Shown: positions 19,544 to 29,989, numbered from the stretch's first letter. The stretch is DNA of 64,000 nucleotides from Tessaracoccus sp. (GCA_041393555.1 JAWKJW010000021.1:4918-68917); one strand, 5' to 3'. Notes: generated by a model from the sequence alone, not told the origin. Translations and numbers: made by a program.

Positions 19544-22500
19544 GGAAGATCATCGATGGCAACGAGGCTGCGGCGGATGTCGCCTATCGGGTGAGTGAGC
19601 TCTGCTCGATCTATCCGATCACGCCGAGCTCGACGATGGCCGAGCTTGCCGATGAATGGGCATCGAGAGGGCGGGCCAATGTGTGGGGCCAAGTGCCCAC
19701 CGTCATCGAGATGCAGTCGGAGGGCGGCGCCGCGGGCGCGATGCACGGTGCGCTGCAGGCCGGGGCTCTGTCCACGACGTTCACGGCATCTCAAGGGCTG
19801 TTGTTGATGATCCCCAACATGTACCGGATCGCCGGCGAGCTGACCTCCACCGTCTTCCACGTGGCGGCGCGTTCCCTGGCCACCCAAGGCCTGTCCATCT
19901 TCGGCGATCACCAAGACGTGATGGGCGTGCGGCAAACCGGTGTGTGCCTGCTGAGTTCGGCATCCGTGCAGGAGGCCCACGACTTCGCGGCCATTGCTCA
20001 TCGAGCAACGCTGGAAACCAGGCTGCCTTTCGTGCACTTCTTCGACGGGTTCCGCACCTCGCACGAACTCAACGTCGTCGATGTCATCAACGACGATCAC
20101 CTGCGCACGTTCGTGCCGCGGCAACTGGTTCTGGAGCATCGCTCGCGGGCGCTGAGCCCCGACAACCCGTTCATTCGCGGTACTGCGCAGAATCCCGATA
20201 CGTATTTTCAATCGCGCGAGACGGCGAACCTGTTCTACACCTGGACCCCCGCGGTGGTGGCGCACGTGATGGATCAGTTCGCGGAGCTGACCGGCCGGCG
20301 CTACCACCTCGTCGACTACCACGGCGCCCCCGATGCCGAGCGCGTGGTGGTGGTGATGGGTTCGGGAGCCGAGGCGATCGCCCCCGTCGTCGATGCGCTC
20401 AACGCCGACGGCGGCAAGGTGGGCATGCTGCAAGTGCGGCTGTACCGGCCGTTCCCGAACGAGGCCTTCCTCGCCGCGCTGCCGGAAAGCGTGCGGCAGA
20501 TCGCGGTGCTCGACCGCACCAAGGAGCCGGGCGGCTCCGGTGAACCCATGTTCCTCGATGTGACCAGCGTGCTGGCCGAAGCGGTCACCGATGGGCGACG
20601 CTCATCGCTGCCCACCGTGATCGGTGGGCGTTACGGGCTGTCGTCGAAGGAGTTCACCCCGGCCATGGCCCAGAGCGTCTTCGACGAGTTGGAGGAGCCG
20701 GCGCCTAAACCCCGATTCACCGTCGGTATCAACGACGACGTCACCAAGCTCTCGCTCGATTACGATCCCACGCTCGATCTGGAGGACCCGGAGACGCTGC
20801 GCGCCGTGTTCTACGGCTTAGGCTCGGACGGCACCGTCGGTGCGAACAAGAACACCATCAAGATCCTGGGCGATGACGGCCAGCGCTATGCGCAGGGCTA
20901 CTTCGTCTACGACTCGAAGAAGTCGGGATCGCGCACCGTCTCGCATCTGCGTTTCGGACCCAACCCCATCAAGGCGCCCTACCTGGTGAGCCAGGCGGGC
21001 TTCATCGGCTGCCATCATTGGTCGATCCTGGAGCGCGTCGATGTGCTGGAGTTCGCGCGCCCAGGAACTGTGCTGCTGCTGAACTCGCCCTATGGCGACG
21101 AGACCTTCGACAGGTTGCCGTTGCCGATGCAGCAGCGCATCATCGAGTTGGGCATCCAGATCTACGCCATCGATGCGGGTCGAGTGGCTCGGGCGGCAGG
21201 TCTGGGGTCGCGCACCAACACCATCCTGCAGACCTGCTTCTTCGCCATTTCCGGCGTGATGCCCCAGGTGGACGCGATCGTCAAGGTCAAGGACGCCATC
21301 TCGAAGACCTATGCCCGCAAGTCGGCTGAGGTGGTGCGCAAGAACCACCTGGCTGTGGACGAGTCGCTCGCGCACCTGAAGCGGATCGAGGTACCGGGCG
21401 TGCCCACGTCTGAGCACGATCTGATCCCACCCGTGCCGAATCATGCGCCCAAGTTCGTGCGTTCGGTCACCGCGCAGATGCTGCGAGGGCGCGGCGACGA
21501 CCTGCCCGTCTCGGCGCTGCCGATCGACGGCACCTATCCGTCGGGCACCACCCAGTACGAGAAGCGCAACATCTCGGAGATCGTGGCGGAGTGGGATCCG
21601 GAAGCCTGCATCCAGTGCGGCAACTGCGTGTTCGTCTGTCCGCATTCAGTGCTGCGGGCCAAGAGCTATCCCTGTTCCGCGGCCAACGGTGCACCGGACG
21701 GTTTCCTGACGGCGCCGTTGAATGCGGCAGGGCTTCCGCAGACGAACTACACGCTGCAGGTCTATGTCGAGGACTGCACCGGGTGTGGACTCTGCGTCGA
21801 GGCCTGCCCCGTCAAACCGATCGGGCAGCCGAACCGTCGCGCGATCAACCTGGTGCCGAAGCTGGACCGGGAGGACGACAAACAAGCAATCGAGTTCTTC
21901 GAGGAGATCCCGTTGAACCGGCGCGAGCGCGTCGACTTCGGCACCGTGCGCGGCACCCAGTTCCTGGAGCCGCTGTTCGAGTTCTCGGGCGCCTGCTCCG
22001 GCTGCGGTGAGACGCCGTACCTGAAGCTGCTCACCCAGCTCTTCGGAGACCGATTGATCGTGGCCAACGCCACCGGGTGCTCGTCGATCTACGGCGGCAA
22101 CCTTCCCACCACGCCGTGGGCGAAGAATGCGCAGGGCCGGGGTCCGGCGTGGTCGAACTCGCTGTTCGAGGACAACGCCGAGTTCGGCCTGGGCATGCGG
22201 CTCGCGGCCGACCTGCACGCCGATTTGGCCCGCGTTCGCCTTGAGGAGTTGCGCGATGAGATCGGTGACGAGGACCTGGTGCGGTCGCTGCTCGACGCCG
22301 AGCAGCAGCACGGCTCCCAGTTGGTAGCCCAACAGGAGCGGGTAGCCCGCTTGAAGGCTCGGCTGAAGGAGCTGTCCGGGCCACAGGTCGAAGACCTGAA
22401 GTCGGTGGCCGATCATCTGCTGCGTCGTTCGGTATGGATCGTGGGCGGGGATGGCTGGGCCTACGACATCGGATCCGGCGGCGTCGACCACGTGCTCGCG

Positions 22501-23109
22501 TCGGGACGCGACGTCAACGTCCTGGTTCTGGATACCGAGGTCTACTCCAATACGGGTGGTCAGGCTTCCAAGGCGACGCCGCTGGGATCGGTGGCCAAGT
22601 TCGCCTCGGGCGGCAAGCAGACCATCAAGAAGGACCTGGCACTGCAGGCCACCTCTTACGGTTCGGTCTACGTGGCGCGCGTGGCGATGGGCGCTGATCC
22701 CCAGCAGACCCTGACAGCTTTCCGGGAGGCGGAGGCCTACGACGGGCCCAGCCTGATCATCGCCTACAGCCACTGCATCGCCCACGGCTACGACATCCGC
22801 AAGGGCTTGGACCAGCAGTACAAGGCCGTGAACTCCGGGCACTGGCCTCTGATGCGCTACAACCCCGTCGTGCGCGACGATGGTGGCAACCCCTTCCTGC
22901 TGGATTCGCCGCGTCCACGGCTCACGTTGCAGCAGTACCAGAAGGCCGAGTTGCGGTACCAGGTGCTGCGCGCCTCCGATCCGGAGGAGGCCGAGCGGCT
23001 GCTGACCTTGGGGCAGGCCCAGGTGAACCGTCGTTGGCGGGAGTACGAAGAACTGGCGACCCGGGGTGCGGAACGCTTCACCCCCGATACGAGGAGGGAC
23101 GATGGCTGA
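19540..23109 (+). CDS. nifJ: Pyruvate:ferredoxin (flavodoxin) oxidoreductase
   Basis: IYPITPSS, EMQSEGGAAGA, FFDGFRTSHE, two ferredoxin motifs and the TPP motif GGDGWAYDIG. Confidence 0.96.
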   Translation: MRKIIDGNEAAADVAYRVSELCSIYPITPSSTMAELADEWASRGRANVWGQVPTVIEMQSEGGAAGAMHGALQAGALSTTFTASQGLLLMIPNMYRIAGELTSTVFHVAARSLATQGLSIFGDHQDVMGVRQTGVCLLSSASVQEAHDFAAIAHRATLETRLPFVHFFDGFRTSHELNVVDVINDDHLRTFVPRQLVLEHRSRALSPDNPFIRGTAQNPDTYFQSRETANLFYTWTPAVVAHVMDQFAELTGRRYHLVDYHGAPDAERVVVVMGSGAEAIAPVVDALNADGGKVGMLQVRLYRPFPNEAFLAALPESVRQIAVLDRTKEPGGSGEPMFLDVTSVLAEAVTDGRRSSLPTVIGGRYGLSSKEFTPAMAQSVFDELEEPAPKPRFTVGINDDVTKLSLDYDPTLDLEDPETLRAVFYGLGSDGTVGANKNTIKILGDDGQRYAQGYFVYDSKKSGSRTVSHLRFGPNPIKAPYLVSQAGFIGCHHWSILERVDVLEFARPGTVLLLNSPYGDETFDRLPLPMQQRIIELGIQIYAIDAGRVARAAGLGSRTNTILQTCFFAISGVMPQVDAIVKVKDAISKTYARKSAEVVRKNHLAVDESLAHLKRIEVPGVPTSEHDLIPPVPNHAPKFVRSVTAQMLRGRGDDLPVSALPIDGTYPSGTTQYEKRNISEIVAEWDPEACIQCGNCVFVCPHSVLRAKSYPCSAANGAPDGFLTAPLNAAGLPQTNYTLQVYVEDCTGCGLCVEACPVKPIGQPNRRAINLVPKLDREDDKQAIEFFEEIPLNRRERVDFGTVRGTQFLEPLFEFSGACSGCGETPYLKLLTQLFGDRLIVANATGCSSIYGGNLPTTPWAKNAQGRGPAWSNSLFEDNAEFGLGMRLAADLHADLARVRLEELRDEIGDEDLVRSLLDAEQQHGSQLVAQQERVARLKARLKELSGPQVEDLKSVADHLLRRSVWIVGGDGWAYDIGSGGVDHVLASGRDVNVLVLDTEVYSNTGGQASKATPLGSVAKFASGGKQTIKKDLALQATSYGSVYVARVAMGADPQQTLTAFREAEAYDGPSLIIAYSHCIAHGYDIRKGLDQQYKAVNSGHWPLMRYNPVVRDDGGNPFLLDSPRPRLTLQQYQKAELRYQVLRASDPEEAERLLTLGQAQVNRRWREYEELATRGAERFTPDTRRDDG

Positions 23110-24115
23110 TCTCGCAACCACTTACATGGGGCTGGCGCTGCGCAACCCCGTTGTCGCGTCGGCGGGGCCGCTCTCGCAGACCGTGGACGGTGTGCGCCAA
23201 CTGGCCGATGGCGGCGTCGGGGCCGTAGTGATGTATTCGTTGCTGGAAGAGCAGCTACGCCGCGAGGAAGCCCGGATGGAGGAGCTAGCCGACCTGCACG
23301 ACGACACCTTCGCCGAGGCGCTCAGCATGTTCCCGTCGGTGGTGAAGGTGGCCGAGGATCCGGTGCATCACTATTTGACGCTGGTGGAGAATGCCGCTCG
23401 CGCCATCGACGTGCCCCTGATCGCGTCGATGAACGGATCGACGCTGGGAGGATGGACCCGGATCGCCCGGCAGCTGGCCGACGCGGGAGCCGCCGGTATT
23501 GAGCTGAACATCTACTTCGTTCCCGGTGACGTGACCACCTCCGGGGATCAAGTCGAGAGGCGGCATCGGGAGATCCTGGAGGCCGTGAAATCGGTCGTCG
23601 AGGTGCCGGTGGCGGTGAAACTCGCGCCGTTCTTCTCGTCATTCGGCAACATGGCCGTGCAACTTGATCGCGGGGGAGCGGACGCGCTGGTGCTGTTCAA
23701 TCGTTTCCTCCAGCCCGATATCGACGTGGACCGGATGCGCGTCGAGGCCGGGGTGACGCTCTCTAGCCCGGGCGAGGCCCGTTTGCCGCGCACCTGGATC
23801 GCTGCGTTGCGGGGCAAGATCTCGGCGTCGTTGGCCGCCACCACCGGAGTCGATCAGCCGGAGGATGTCATCAAGTACGTCCTGGCTGGCGCCGATGTGG
23901 TGATGACCACGTCCGCGCTGGTGCGCCGTGGTCCGTCCTATGCACAGACGTTGATCGACGGTCTGGCGGAGTGGCTCGATGCCCACGGCCTGGGCCTAGA
24001 TCAGGCGCGCGGCATGCTCGGTGTGCCCGCGGAGGCAGAGGCCGATGCCTACGCCCGCGCCGGCTACGTCACCGCCTTGGAGAAGGCCCGCAGCCAGTAC
24101 GGTTCCCTGCATTAG
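23102..24115 (+). CDS. Dihydroorotate dehydrogenase-like flavoprotein
   Basis: L.TTYMGLALRNPVVAS, IELNIY, PVAVKLAPFFS, VLFNRF.QPDID; the family typically found beside nifJ. Confidence 0.88.
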   Translation: MADLATTYMGLALRNPVVASAGPLSQTVDGVRQLADGGVGAVVMYSLLEEQLRREEARMEELADLHDDTFAEALSMFPSVVKVAEDPVHHYLTLVENAARAIDVPLIASMNGSTLGGWTRIARQLADAGAAGIELNIYFVPGDVTTSGDQVERRHREILEAVKSVVEVPVAVKLAPFFSSFGNMAVQLDRGGADALVLFNRFLQPDIDVDRMRVEAGVTLSSPGEARLPRTWIAALRGKISASLAATTGVDQPEDVIKYVLAGADVVMTTSALVRRGPSYAQTLIDGLAEWLDAHGLGLDQARGMLGVPAEAEADAYARAGYVTALEKARSQYGSLH

Positions 24116-24139
24116 GCCTCGCCTCTTCGCGACACCCGC

Positions 24140-24187
24140 TTAGCCGCTTGTCATTCCACCGACTTCGGTGGAATGACAAGCGGTTAG
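24140..24187. repeat. 48-bp palindrome, copy R1
   Basis: TTAGCCGCTTGTCATTCCACCG-ACTT-CGGTGGAATGACAAGCGGTTAG. Confidence 0.9.
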
Positions 24188-24280
24188 CGGATCCGACCAG
24201 TGTTGTCTGCCGGTGGTGAGGTGTTGTCCGTTCGTGCCCTTGGCCGTCACCGGTGCTCGTGAGCGCCCGATGCTAGGGGC

Positions 24281-25198
24281 ATGCCGTTCCAGTATCCGTT
24301 GCCTCGGGAGGTGGCCCGGTTACTTCGAGAGCAGCAAGGTGTGGTCACCGTCGCGCAGCTTCTCGAGGCCGGTCTCACCCGACGCGTCTGCGAGCGGGTC
24401 ACGTCGGGGTGGATCAGGCTGGCCCGCGGGCTCTATCTGGCTGGGTCGCCATCCTTCGAAGCCGCGACGTGGGCTGCGTCCTTGTTCTGCGGCCCCAACA
24501 GTGTGATCGGCTCATCAGCCGCTGCGTATCTGGCGGGCGTGCTGCGGGATCCTCCCTCGGAGGTCGTGATCTGGGGTCGTGACCAACACCGATCAATCCA
24601 GATCGGACGGTGGCGCACGCGCCCTCGCCGTGGGCTCCGGGACGGCCGCGGCTCACCTGCTCGGTTGTCCATCGAGGAGGCTCTTCTGGACTTGGCCCGA
24701 GATGAGAGCCTGGCCGGCACGATGGATGCGATCGCGCGGGCATTTGTTCGTCAGTACACGACACCCGCGAGAGTGCTCACCGCGTTGGATCGGCGCGAAC
24801 GCATTCGGCACAGTGCGCAGGTCCGGGCGCTGTGCTCCGCCGGGAAGGCAGGGATCGAGAGCGCTCTGGAATGGCTCTTCGACGAGCGCGTGATCGTGGC
24901 CCATCGGTTGCCGGCGCCCCAACGGCAGATCAGGTCGGAGGAAGGACGCATCGATTGCCATTTCGATGCGTTCCGGGTGATTGCTGAGCTCGATGGCATC
25001 CGGGATCACGGCAACTGGTCCAAGGACATGCTGCGCGACAACGCCCATGCCCTCCGCCTCGACGCGATCACTCTGCGCTACGGCTGGCATGCGGTGTTGC
25101 AGCAGCCGTGCCTCGTCGCCAGCCAGATCGCCGAGGCGCTGTTGGGTCGCGGCTGGACCGGCCGCCCCTCCCGCTGTCGGCTCTGCCCGAGGCCTTAA
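24281..25198 (+). CDS. AbiEi-like N-terminal domain fused to DUF559/Vsr-like PD-(D/E)xK endonuclease domain
   Basis: QQGVVTVAQL..GL...W.RLARGLY (AbiEi-like wHTH); ESALE..P.PQRQ..GRID....VIAELDG..H...D..RDN...TLRYGW (DUF559-like). Confidence 0.8.
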   Translation: MPFQYPLPREVARLLREQQGVVTVAQLLEAGLTRRVCERVTSGWIRLARGLYLAGSPSFEAATWAASLFCGPNSVIGSSAAAYLAGVLRDPPSEVVIWGRDQHRSIQIGRWRTRPRRGLRDGRGSPARLSIEEALLDLARDESLAGTMDAIARAFVRQYTTPARVLTALDRRERIRHSAQVRALCSAGKAGIESALEWLFDERVIVAHRLPAPQRQIRSEEGRIDCHFDAFRVIAELDGIRDHGNWSKDMLRDNAHALRLDAITLRYGWHAVLQQPCLVASQIAEALLGRGWTGRPSRCRLCPRP

Positions 25199-25242
25199 CC
25201 GCTTGCTACTCCACCGAAGTCGGTGGAATGACAAGCTCTTAA
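25195..25242. repeat. 48-bp palindrome, copy R2
   Basis: TTAACCGCTTGCTACTCCACCG-AAGT-CGGTGGAATGACAAGCTCTTAA; supplies the stop codon of the upstream gene. Confidence 0.9.
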
Positions 25243-25259
25243 GCGTCGGTGCGACGTGA

Positions 25260-25649
25260 TCACGAAGATGCTGCGTTCTGGAACCATCGCCAGAGAGTTG
25301 GGGTGGTGACGACCAGGACGATGGCGAAAAGGGTCTGGTTCACGACGCCGAAGAGCGGGTTGCCGGCGATCGTCAAATAGACCGTCCAGTTCACGGCGAT
25401 GTCGGTGAGGATGACGACGAGCGCGAGGACGATGCCCGCGCGTCGTCGCATGACGAGGAGCGCTGCGGTGATCGGGTCGAGAACGGTGAGGGAGATCCAG
25501 AACACACGCAGCCCCGTGGGGAACGCCGCATAGGTCTCGGCTCCACCCGCGATCAGGTCGATGATGTGGGATGTGGTGCCGACCAGGAAGCCCACGACCC
25601 AGACGACAAGAATCGCCATACGAAGGCGACGAGTTGTCGTCTGGGTCAC
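25260..25649 (-). CDS. Small integral membrane protein (about 4 TM), start uncertain
   Basis: Four hydrophobic stretches within ORF 25260..25730. Confidence 0.65.
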   Translation of the reverse strand: MTQTTTRRLRMAILVVWVVGFLVGTTSHIIDLIAGGAETYAAFPTGLRVFWISLTVLDPITAALLVMRRRAGIVLALVVILTDIAVNWTVYLTIAGNPLFGVVNQTLFAIVLVVTTPTLWRWFQNAASS

Positions 25650-25770
25650 CTGTTCATGATAGATCGAGGCCGGTGGACCGGGTGAAATCAGCATCGCGCA
25701 GCGTAAGGCTTCGCCTGGGTAGCTCGCCACGATTCTTCTCCCGCTTGTAAGACAGCGGGTCGGGTAGCGC

Positions 25771-25818
25771 TTAACCGCTTGCTACTCCACTGAAGTCGGT
25801 GGAATAACAAGCTCCTAA
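25771..25818. repeat. 48-bp palindrome, copy R3
   Basis: TTAACCGCTTGCTACTCCACTG-AAGT-CGGTGGAATAACAAGCTCCTAA; the terminal TAA is an IS target. Confidence 0.9.
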
Positions 25819-27379
25819 GCTTGGCGTTTAACCTGTGTTGTTGTTGATCGTGGTGGTGTTCGGCGTGCCATAGCGTGGCAGTGGCCGCTGTTGGCGATGC
25901 TTTTGGTAACCACACCAAATCGTCAGGACAGCGACCACTTCCATGATTATCGACCATGACAGCTCCACGAAGGTAGCCCGGTATCAGGCATTGGGCTTAC
26001 TCAACGACTTCCGTGCCGGTCTCTACTCGTGTCTGACACGTCGGGCGGATGTTCTTTTCGAACTCACCGACGCGATGTTGTGCGCACCGGGTCGGGTCAC
26101 CGACCTTGCCCACCTGTGTCTTGAACCCGTGCATCGGCGTGGTCACGGCGCTTTGTATGACGCCTTGAACGCCGGCCGGATAGACACCGCAGAGCTGGGA
26201 CAGCTCGTGGCAGCAACTCCGCTGCCACGCCTGCCGGGACCAGATGGACGAGACCGGATCGTGCTCGCGGTCGATGTGTCGAACTGGCTGCGACCCGACG
26301 CCGCTACCAGCCCCGAGCGATCGTTCTGCCATACCTATCCACGCGGCCGTGGGCACGCGCAAATGATCCCGGGCTGGAGATACCTATGGATCGCCGCACT
26401 TGAGCCGGGTACGACCTCCTGGACCGCACTGCTAGAGACCCGCCGACTGCACCCCGACGAAGACGAAACCATGGTGACTGCCGAGCGGCTCCGAACGGTC
26501 TTCGAACGCCTCCACAACGCGGGGCACTGGAAGATGGGTGACCCGGATCTGTTGGTCGTGATGGACTCCGGCTACGACGTGACCCGGTTGACCTGGCTGC
26601 TCAAGGATCTGCCCGTGACCTTGGTGGCGAGAGTACGGTCCAACCGGGTGTTCTACGCCCCGGCCGGGAAACGCAAGGGGCCGACCAAGGGCCGTGGCCC
26701 ACGTCACGGCCATAAGCTCACCCTGGCCGATCCCGAGTCATGGCCGAGGCCCACCGTGACCACGACGAACCAGACCACCAACTACGGTCTCGCGACCGCG
26801 ATCGCGTTCGACCACCAGCACCAGCGCCTCGAATGCCGCGGCCCCTGGGCAGACCACCACGGTGAGGCACCGATCATCGAGGGCACCCTGATCCAGCTGA
26901 CCGTGGACCACCTGCCCGGCGACCGCGCCCCTGCACCGGTATGGTTATGGTGCTCGACCACCGGCGCTACCACGGCCGAGGTCGACCATTACTGGTCAGC
27001 CTACCTGCGCCGTTTCGACCTCGAGCACACCTTCCGGTTCCTGAAGCAGACCCTGGGCTGGACCCGCCCGATGCTGCGCGATCCCGAGGCTGCCGATCGG
27101 TGGACCTGGCTGGTCTTGGCCGCACATACCCAACTCAGGCTCGCACGCCCTCTCGCTGCTGATCATCGGCTGCCCTGGCAACCCCCTCTCCCCACGACCG
27201 CGTTGACTCCAGGCAGAGTGCGCCGAAGCTTTCCCCGCGTCCACGCGTCCTGCGTCCAGCCCACGAGAACGCCAATAGCCACACAGGCCGGCCCCGGACG
27301 GCCCCCAGGCAGCCGAAACCACCGGAAAGCACCCATCCACCCCATCGGCAAAACCAGCCCAACAGGTTAAACGCCAAGC
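25819..27379 (+). mobile_element. IS element with actinobacterial DDE transposase (IS701/IS4-like), copy 1
   Basis: 18-bp TIR GCTTGGCGTTTAACCTGT at both ends, with TAA on both flanks. Confidence 0.9.
25943..27370 (+). CDS. DDE transposase
   Basis: YSCLTRRADVLFELTDA, LAVDVS, VMDSGYD, YLRRFDLEHTFRFLKQTLGW. Confidence 0.92.
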   Translation: MIIDHDSSTKVARYQALGLLNDFRAGLYSCLTRRADVLFELTDAMLCAPGRVTDLAHLCLEPVHRRGHGALYDALNAGRIDTAELGQLVAATPLPRLPGPDGRDRIVLAVDVSNWLRPDAATSPERSFCHTYPRGRGHAQMIPGWRYLWIAALEPGTTSWTALLETRRLHPDEDETMVTAERLRTVFERLHNAGHWKMGDPDLLVVMDSGYDVTRLTWLLKDLPVTLVARVRSNRVFYAPAGKRKGPTKGRGPRHGHKLTLADPESWPRPTVTTTNQTTNYGLATAIAFDHQHQRLECRGPWADHHGEAPIIEGTLIQLTVDHLPGDRAPAPVWLWCSTTGATTAEVDHYWSAYLRRFDLEHTFRFLKQTLGWTRPMLRDPEAADRWTWLVLAAHTQLRLARPLAADHRLPWQPPLPTTALTPGRVRRSFPRVHASCVQPTRTPIATQAGPGRPPGSRNHRKAPIHPIGKTSPTG

Positions 27380-27382
27380 TAA

Positions 27383-28343
27383 GAGATTCCGCGGATAGGT
27401 CATGGTCGTCGGGTGGGGCGGGTGGCCCAGCGGTAGGTGTCCCAGGCCCGGGCGAGTAGGCGTCGGAGCACGATCACAGCGTTCGCGAGCGCGATGAATG
27501 CCTCGATCACGATCGTTCGACGCTCGGTACAGTTGGCGAGTTTTTTGAAGCCACGGTTGTGCCAAGAGTTCGTGCGCTCGACGACCCACCGTTTCCCTGC
27601 TTGCAGTGGTAGCCCTTTCTCGCTGATGATGCCCTGACAGCCGTACTCGGCGAGTAGCTCACGGGTCTTGGAGTTGTCGTAGCCGGCATCGAGATGGACC
27701 CGGATCTGTGCCGGTAGCCCCGCGCCGAGGCCGTGATCGAACCGGGCCAGTTGCTCCATGGTAGGGCGCAGCAGTGGGAGTCGTTCGTGTTCGCAGGAGC
27801 AACCACACAGCCAGCGGAACCCCGGCGGCGTCGGTGATCAAAGAGCGTTTGGTTCCTTGTTTGCCCCTGTCAACCGGTGATTTGCCTGCTGCTTGACCAC
27901 CACAAGGAGCTTTCACGATGCATCCATCGATCACGATGTCATCGAGGTCGAGACCGGTGATCTTGTCGTAGGCCTCCAGGCAGAGTTGTTCGAGCTGGGG
28001 GAAGATCCCCTGCCTGATCCACTCGTCACGGCGGTCACGGATCGTGGTGGCGGAGCAGCGGGAATCGGCGATCTTGTCGTAAGCAGCACCAAGGACCAGG
28101 ACTTGGACGAGTTTGTCGAAGATGATTCGGTCCGGGATCCGTGGTCGGTGACAGCCCAGTGGGTGGGTATCGATGTGTTCGGGCAGCAACGCTTCGAATT
28201 GGTGCCACAGGGGTTCCATGATGAAAGATGGCAGAGCAGGCATGAGTACCTCGCAGGGGAAGAACGAGACTTTGACACCTCATTCCTCTACCGGGACTCG
28301 TGCCTGTTCTACGTCACCGACACGCACCTATCCGCGGAATCTC
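27383..28343 (-). mobile_element. IS5 family element, copy 1 (transposase 27400..28243, frameshifted)
   Basis: TIR GAGATTCCGCGGATAGGT with TAA flanks; motifs HPLGCHRPRIPDR, IDG, HLDAGYD, RWVVERTNSW. Confidence 0.9.
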
Positions 28344-28369
28344 TAAGCACGCTGGAGCAGAATGGGTCC

Positions 28370-28947
28370 ATGGATCCGGCCGTTCATCGGGGCGAGCTGC
28401 CCCTCGGGGAAGCCTATCGACGCTTCGCCCGGCGAGAGGTGCGCGGCGTCTCGGCTCGGGTATCACTGCGCCGGCCGCGTTGCCGCAGGTGGCCTGGCGG
28501 GCCGGCATCGATCTGTCGCCCGTCGACGTCACCGATGAGGATGCCTGCGCCTGGTTGGAGGCCCTGATCTGGCCGGGGTAGGAGGAGCGTCGAGAACGCC
28601 TGACTCGCGCCGTATCCGTCGCGCGACGCGATCCGCCGCGCGTGATGCGGGGAGATCTCCTCGAGGCGCTGCCGGCTCTGGTCGCAGAGGTACCCGACGA
28701 TGCCACTCTCGTCGTCTTTCACAGCGCCGTTCTCGCATACCTCGCACCCGAGGACCGGGCCCGCTTCGTCCGGCTGGCCGGCGACCTGCCCGGGCATTGG
28801 ATCAGCAACGAGGGGCAGGGTGTGGTCGCGAGCCTCCCCATCGACGCGGTGCCGGGCGACGGTCGTTTCGTGCTGGCCGTCGACGGGCAGCCGAGGGCTC
28901 TCACCGACCCACATGGACGAGCGATCTTCGCGCTCCGGGCGTCTTGA
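28370..28947 (+). pseudogene. DUF2332-like protein remnant (internal deletion plus in-frame TAG)
   Basis: N-terminal YRRFARREVRGVS joins directly to WRAGIDLSPVDV..WLEALIWPG, then TAG at 28579, then VVFHSAVLAYL..HWISNEG. Confidence 0.65.
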
Positions 28948-28979
28948 GTCAGCCGCAGCGTTTTCCCGTTGGCTGGCCT

Positions 28980-29027
28980 TTAAGAGCTTGCTATTCCACC
29001 GACTTCGGTGGAGTAGCAAGCTCTTAA
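28980..29027. repeat. 48-bp palindrome, copy R4
   Basis: TTAAGAGCTTGCTATTCCACCG-ACTT-CGGTGGAGTAGCAAGCTCTTAA. Confidence 0.9.
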
Positions 29028-29113
29028 GCGTGGTGGGCGCGGGGTGTCCTGCCGGTGTGGCATGCCTCTCGCAACACCATCGCGGCGATCCGCGCCGCGG
29101 ATAGCCTGTGGAC

Positions 29114-29293
29114 ATGCGGGATGAGACGGTGTCGGGGCTGGCGTTGGCGGAGACGTTCTACGCCGAAGCCGTCGCGCCCCTCGTGGAGGTTCCGCATGCC
29201 GACGACGTCATGGTCAACTTCACGGACTGGCCCGCTCGCCTGACCCGTGAGTACCGCGACCTCTTGACTCAGGCGGGGGAGGAACGGCGATAG
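29114..29293 (+). pseudogene. Short remnant resembling the N- and C-termini of a DUF4037-like protein
   Basis: SGLALAETFYAEAVAPL resembles the family N-terminus; only about 59 aa remain. Confidence 0.4.
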
Positions 29294-29989
29294 ATGGACA
29301 GCGCCACACACCTCCTCGATCTCCACGTCAAGGCGCTCTACCGGCTGGATGAGCGTGGATGCCTGATCGCGACCAACGAAGCGACGCCAAACCCGGCGCC
29401 TCGGGTTTCGTGGGGCGGACGGCCGAAGGAAGCTCGTGTTATCTCCGCCGCGATGTTCCCGAGGGACTCGGGTGCCGCATCAATCAGCTGACTCGCGAGC
29501 TCTCTCTACCCGGAGCATCGCGGCGACGCCGAGGTGTACGGGGCGATCGAAGCCGCGATCACCGAGGCCCGCGCCATCGCGTCGAGGTGGCATGGGTTGG
29601 CCTACGCCTTCACCGTGCGCTGCTCAGCCGTGCCATCGGAGGCCACCGAGATCACGGACGGACGCGAGGTGCTCGTCGGGCAGTTCGCCCAGTTTCAGGC
29701 GGACCTGAAAGCGATACGGCCCTTCTTCGGGGTGCTCCGCGACGGGAGGGTCGTCTCCGCGTGCTACAGCGCCAGGCTCACCGATCATGCCGCTGAGGCG
29801 GGCGTCGATACCGCCCCAGCGCATCGTGGGCAAGGCCTGGCTGCCGCCGTCGTCAATGCGTGGCGCACCGCGATCGAGGACTCTGGGCGCACGGCCCTCT
29901 ACAGCACGTCCTACGACAACCTCAGTTCGCAGGCCGTCGCTCGTCGTCTGGGGCTGAGCCAATACGCGGAGACGTTCTCGCTCACTTAG
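29294..29989 (+). pseudogene. GNAT family acetyltransferase, split over three frames
   Basis: EAGVDTAPAHRGQGLA..YSTSYDNLSSQAVARRLGL; the N-terminal part shifts frame near 29405 and 29520. Confidence 0.7.

Noticed and set aside
17933-23121. Long antisense ORFs (17933..19510 and 21646..23121)
   Set aside because: Shadow ORFs of high-GC coding strands, with no recognisable motifs.
24281-25198. Type IV toxin-antitoxin pair
   Set aside because: No adjacent AbiEii-type nucleotidyltransferase; the protein carries its own nuclease-like domain.
27400-28243. Programmed frameshift in the IS5 transposase
   Set aside because: The shifts sit in short G/C runs, one differs between the two copies, and no slippery A-run was seen.
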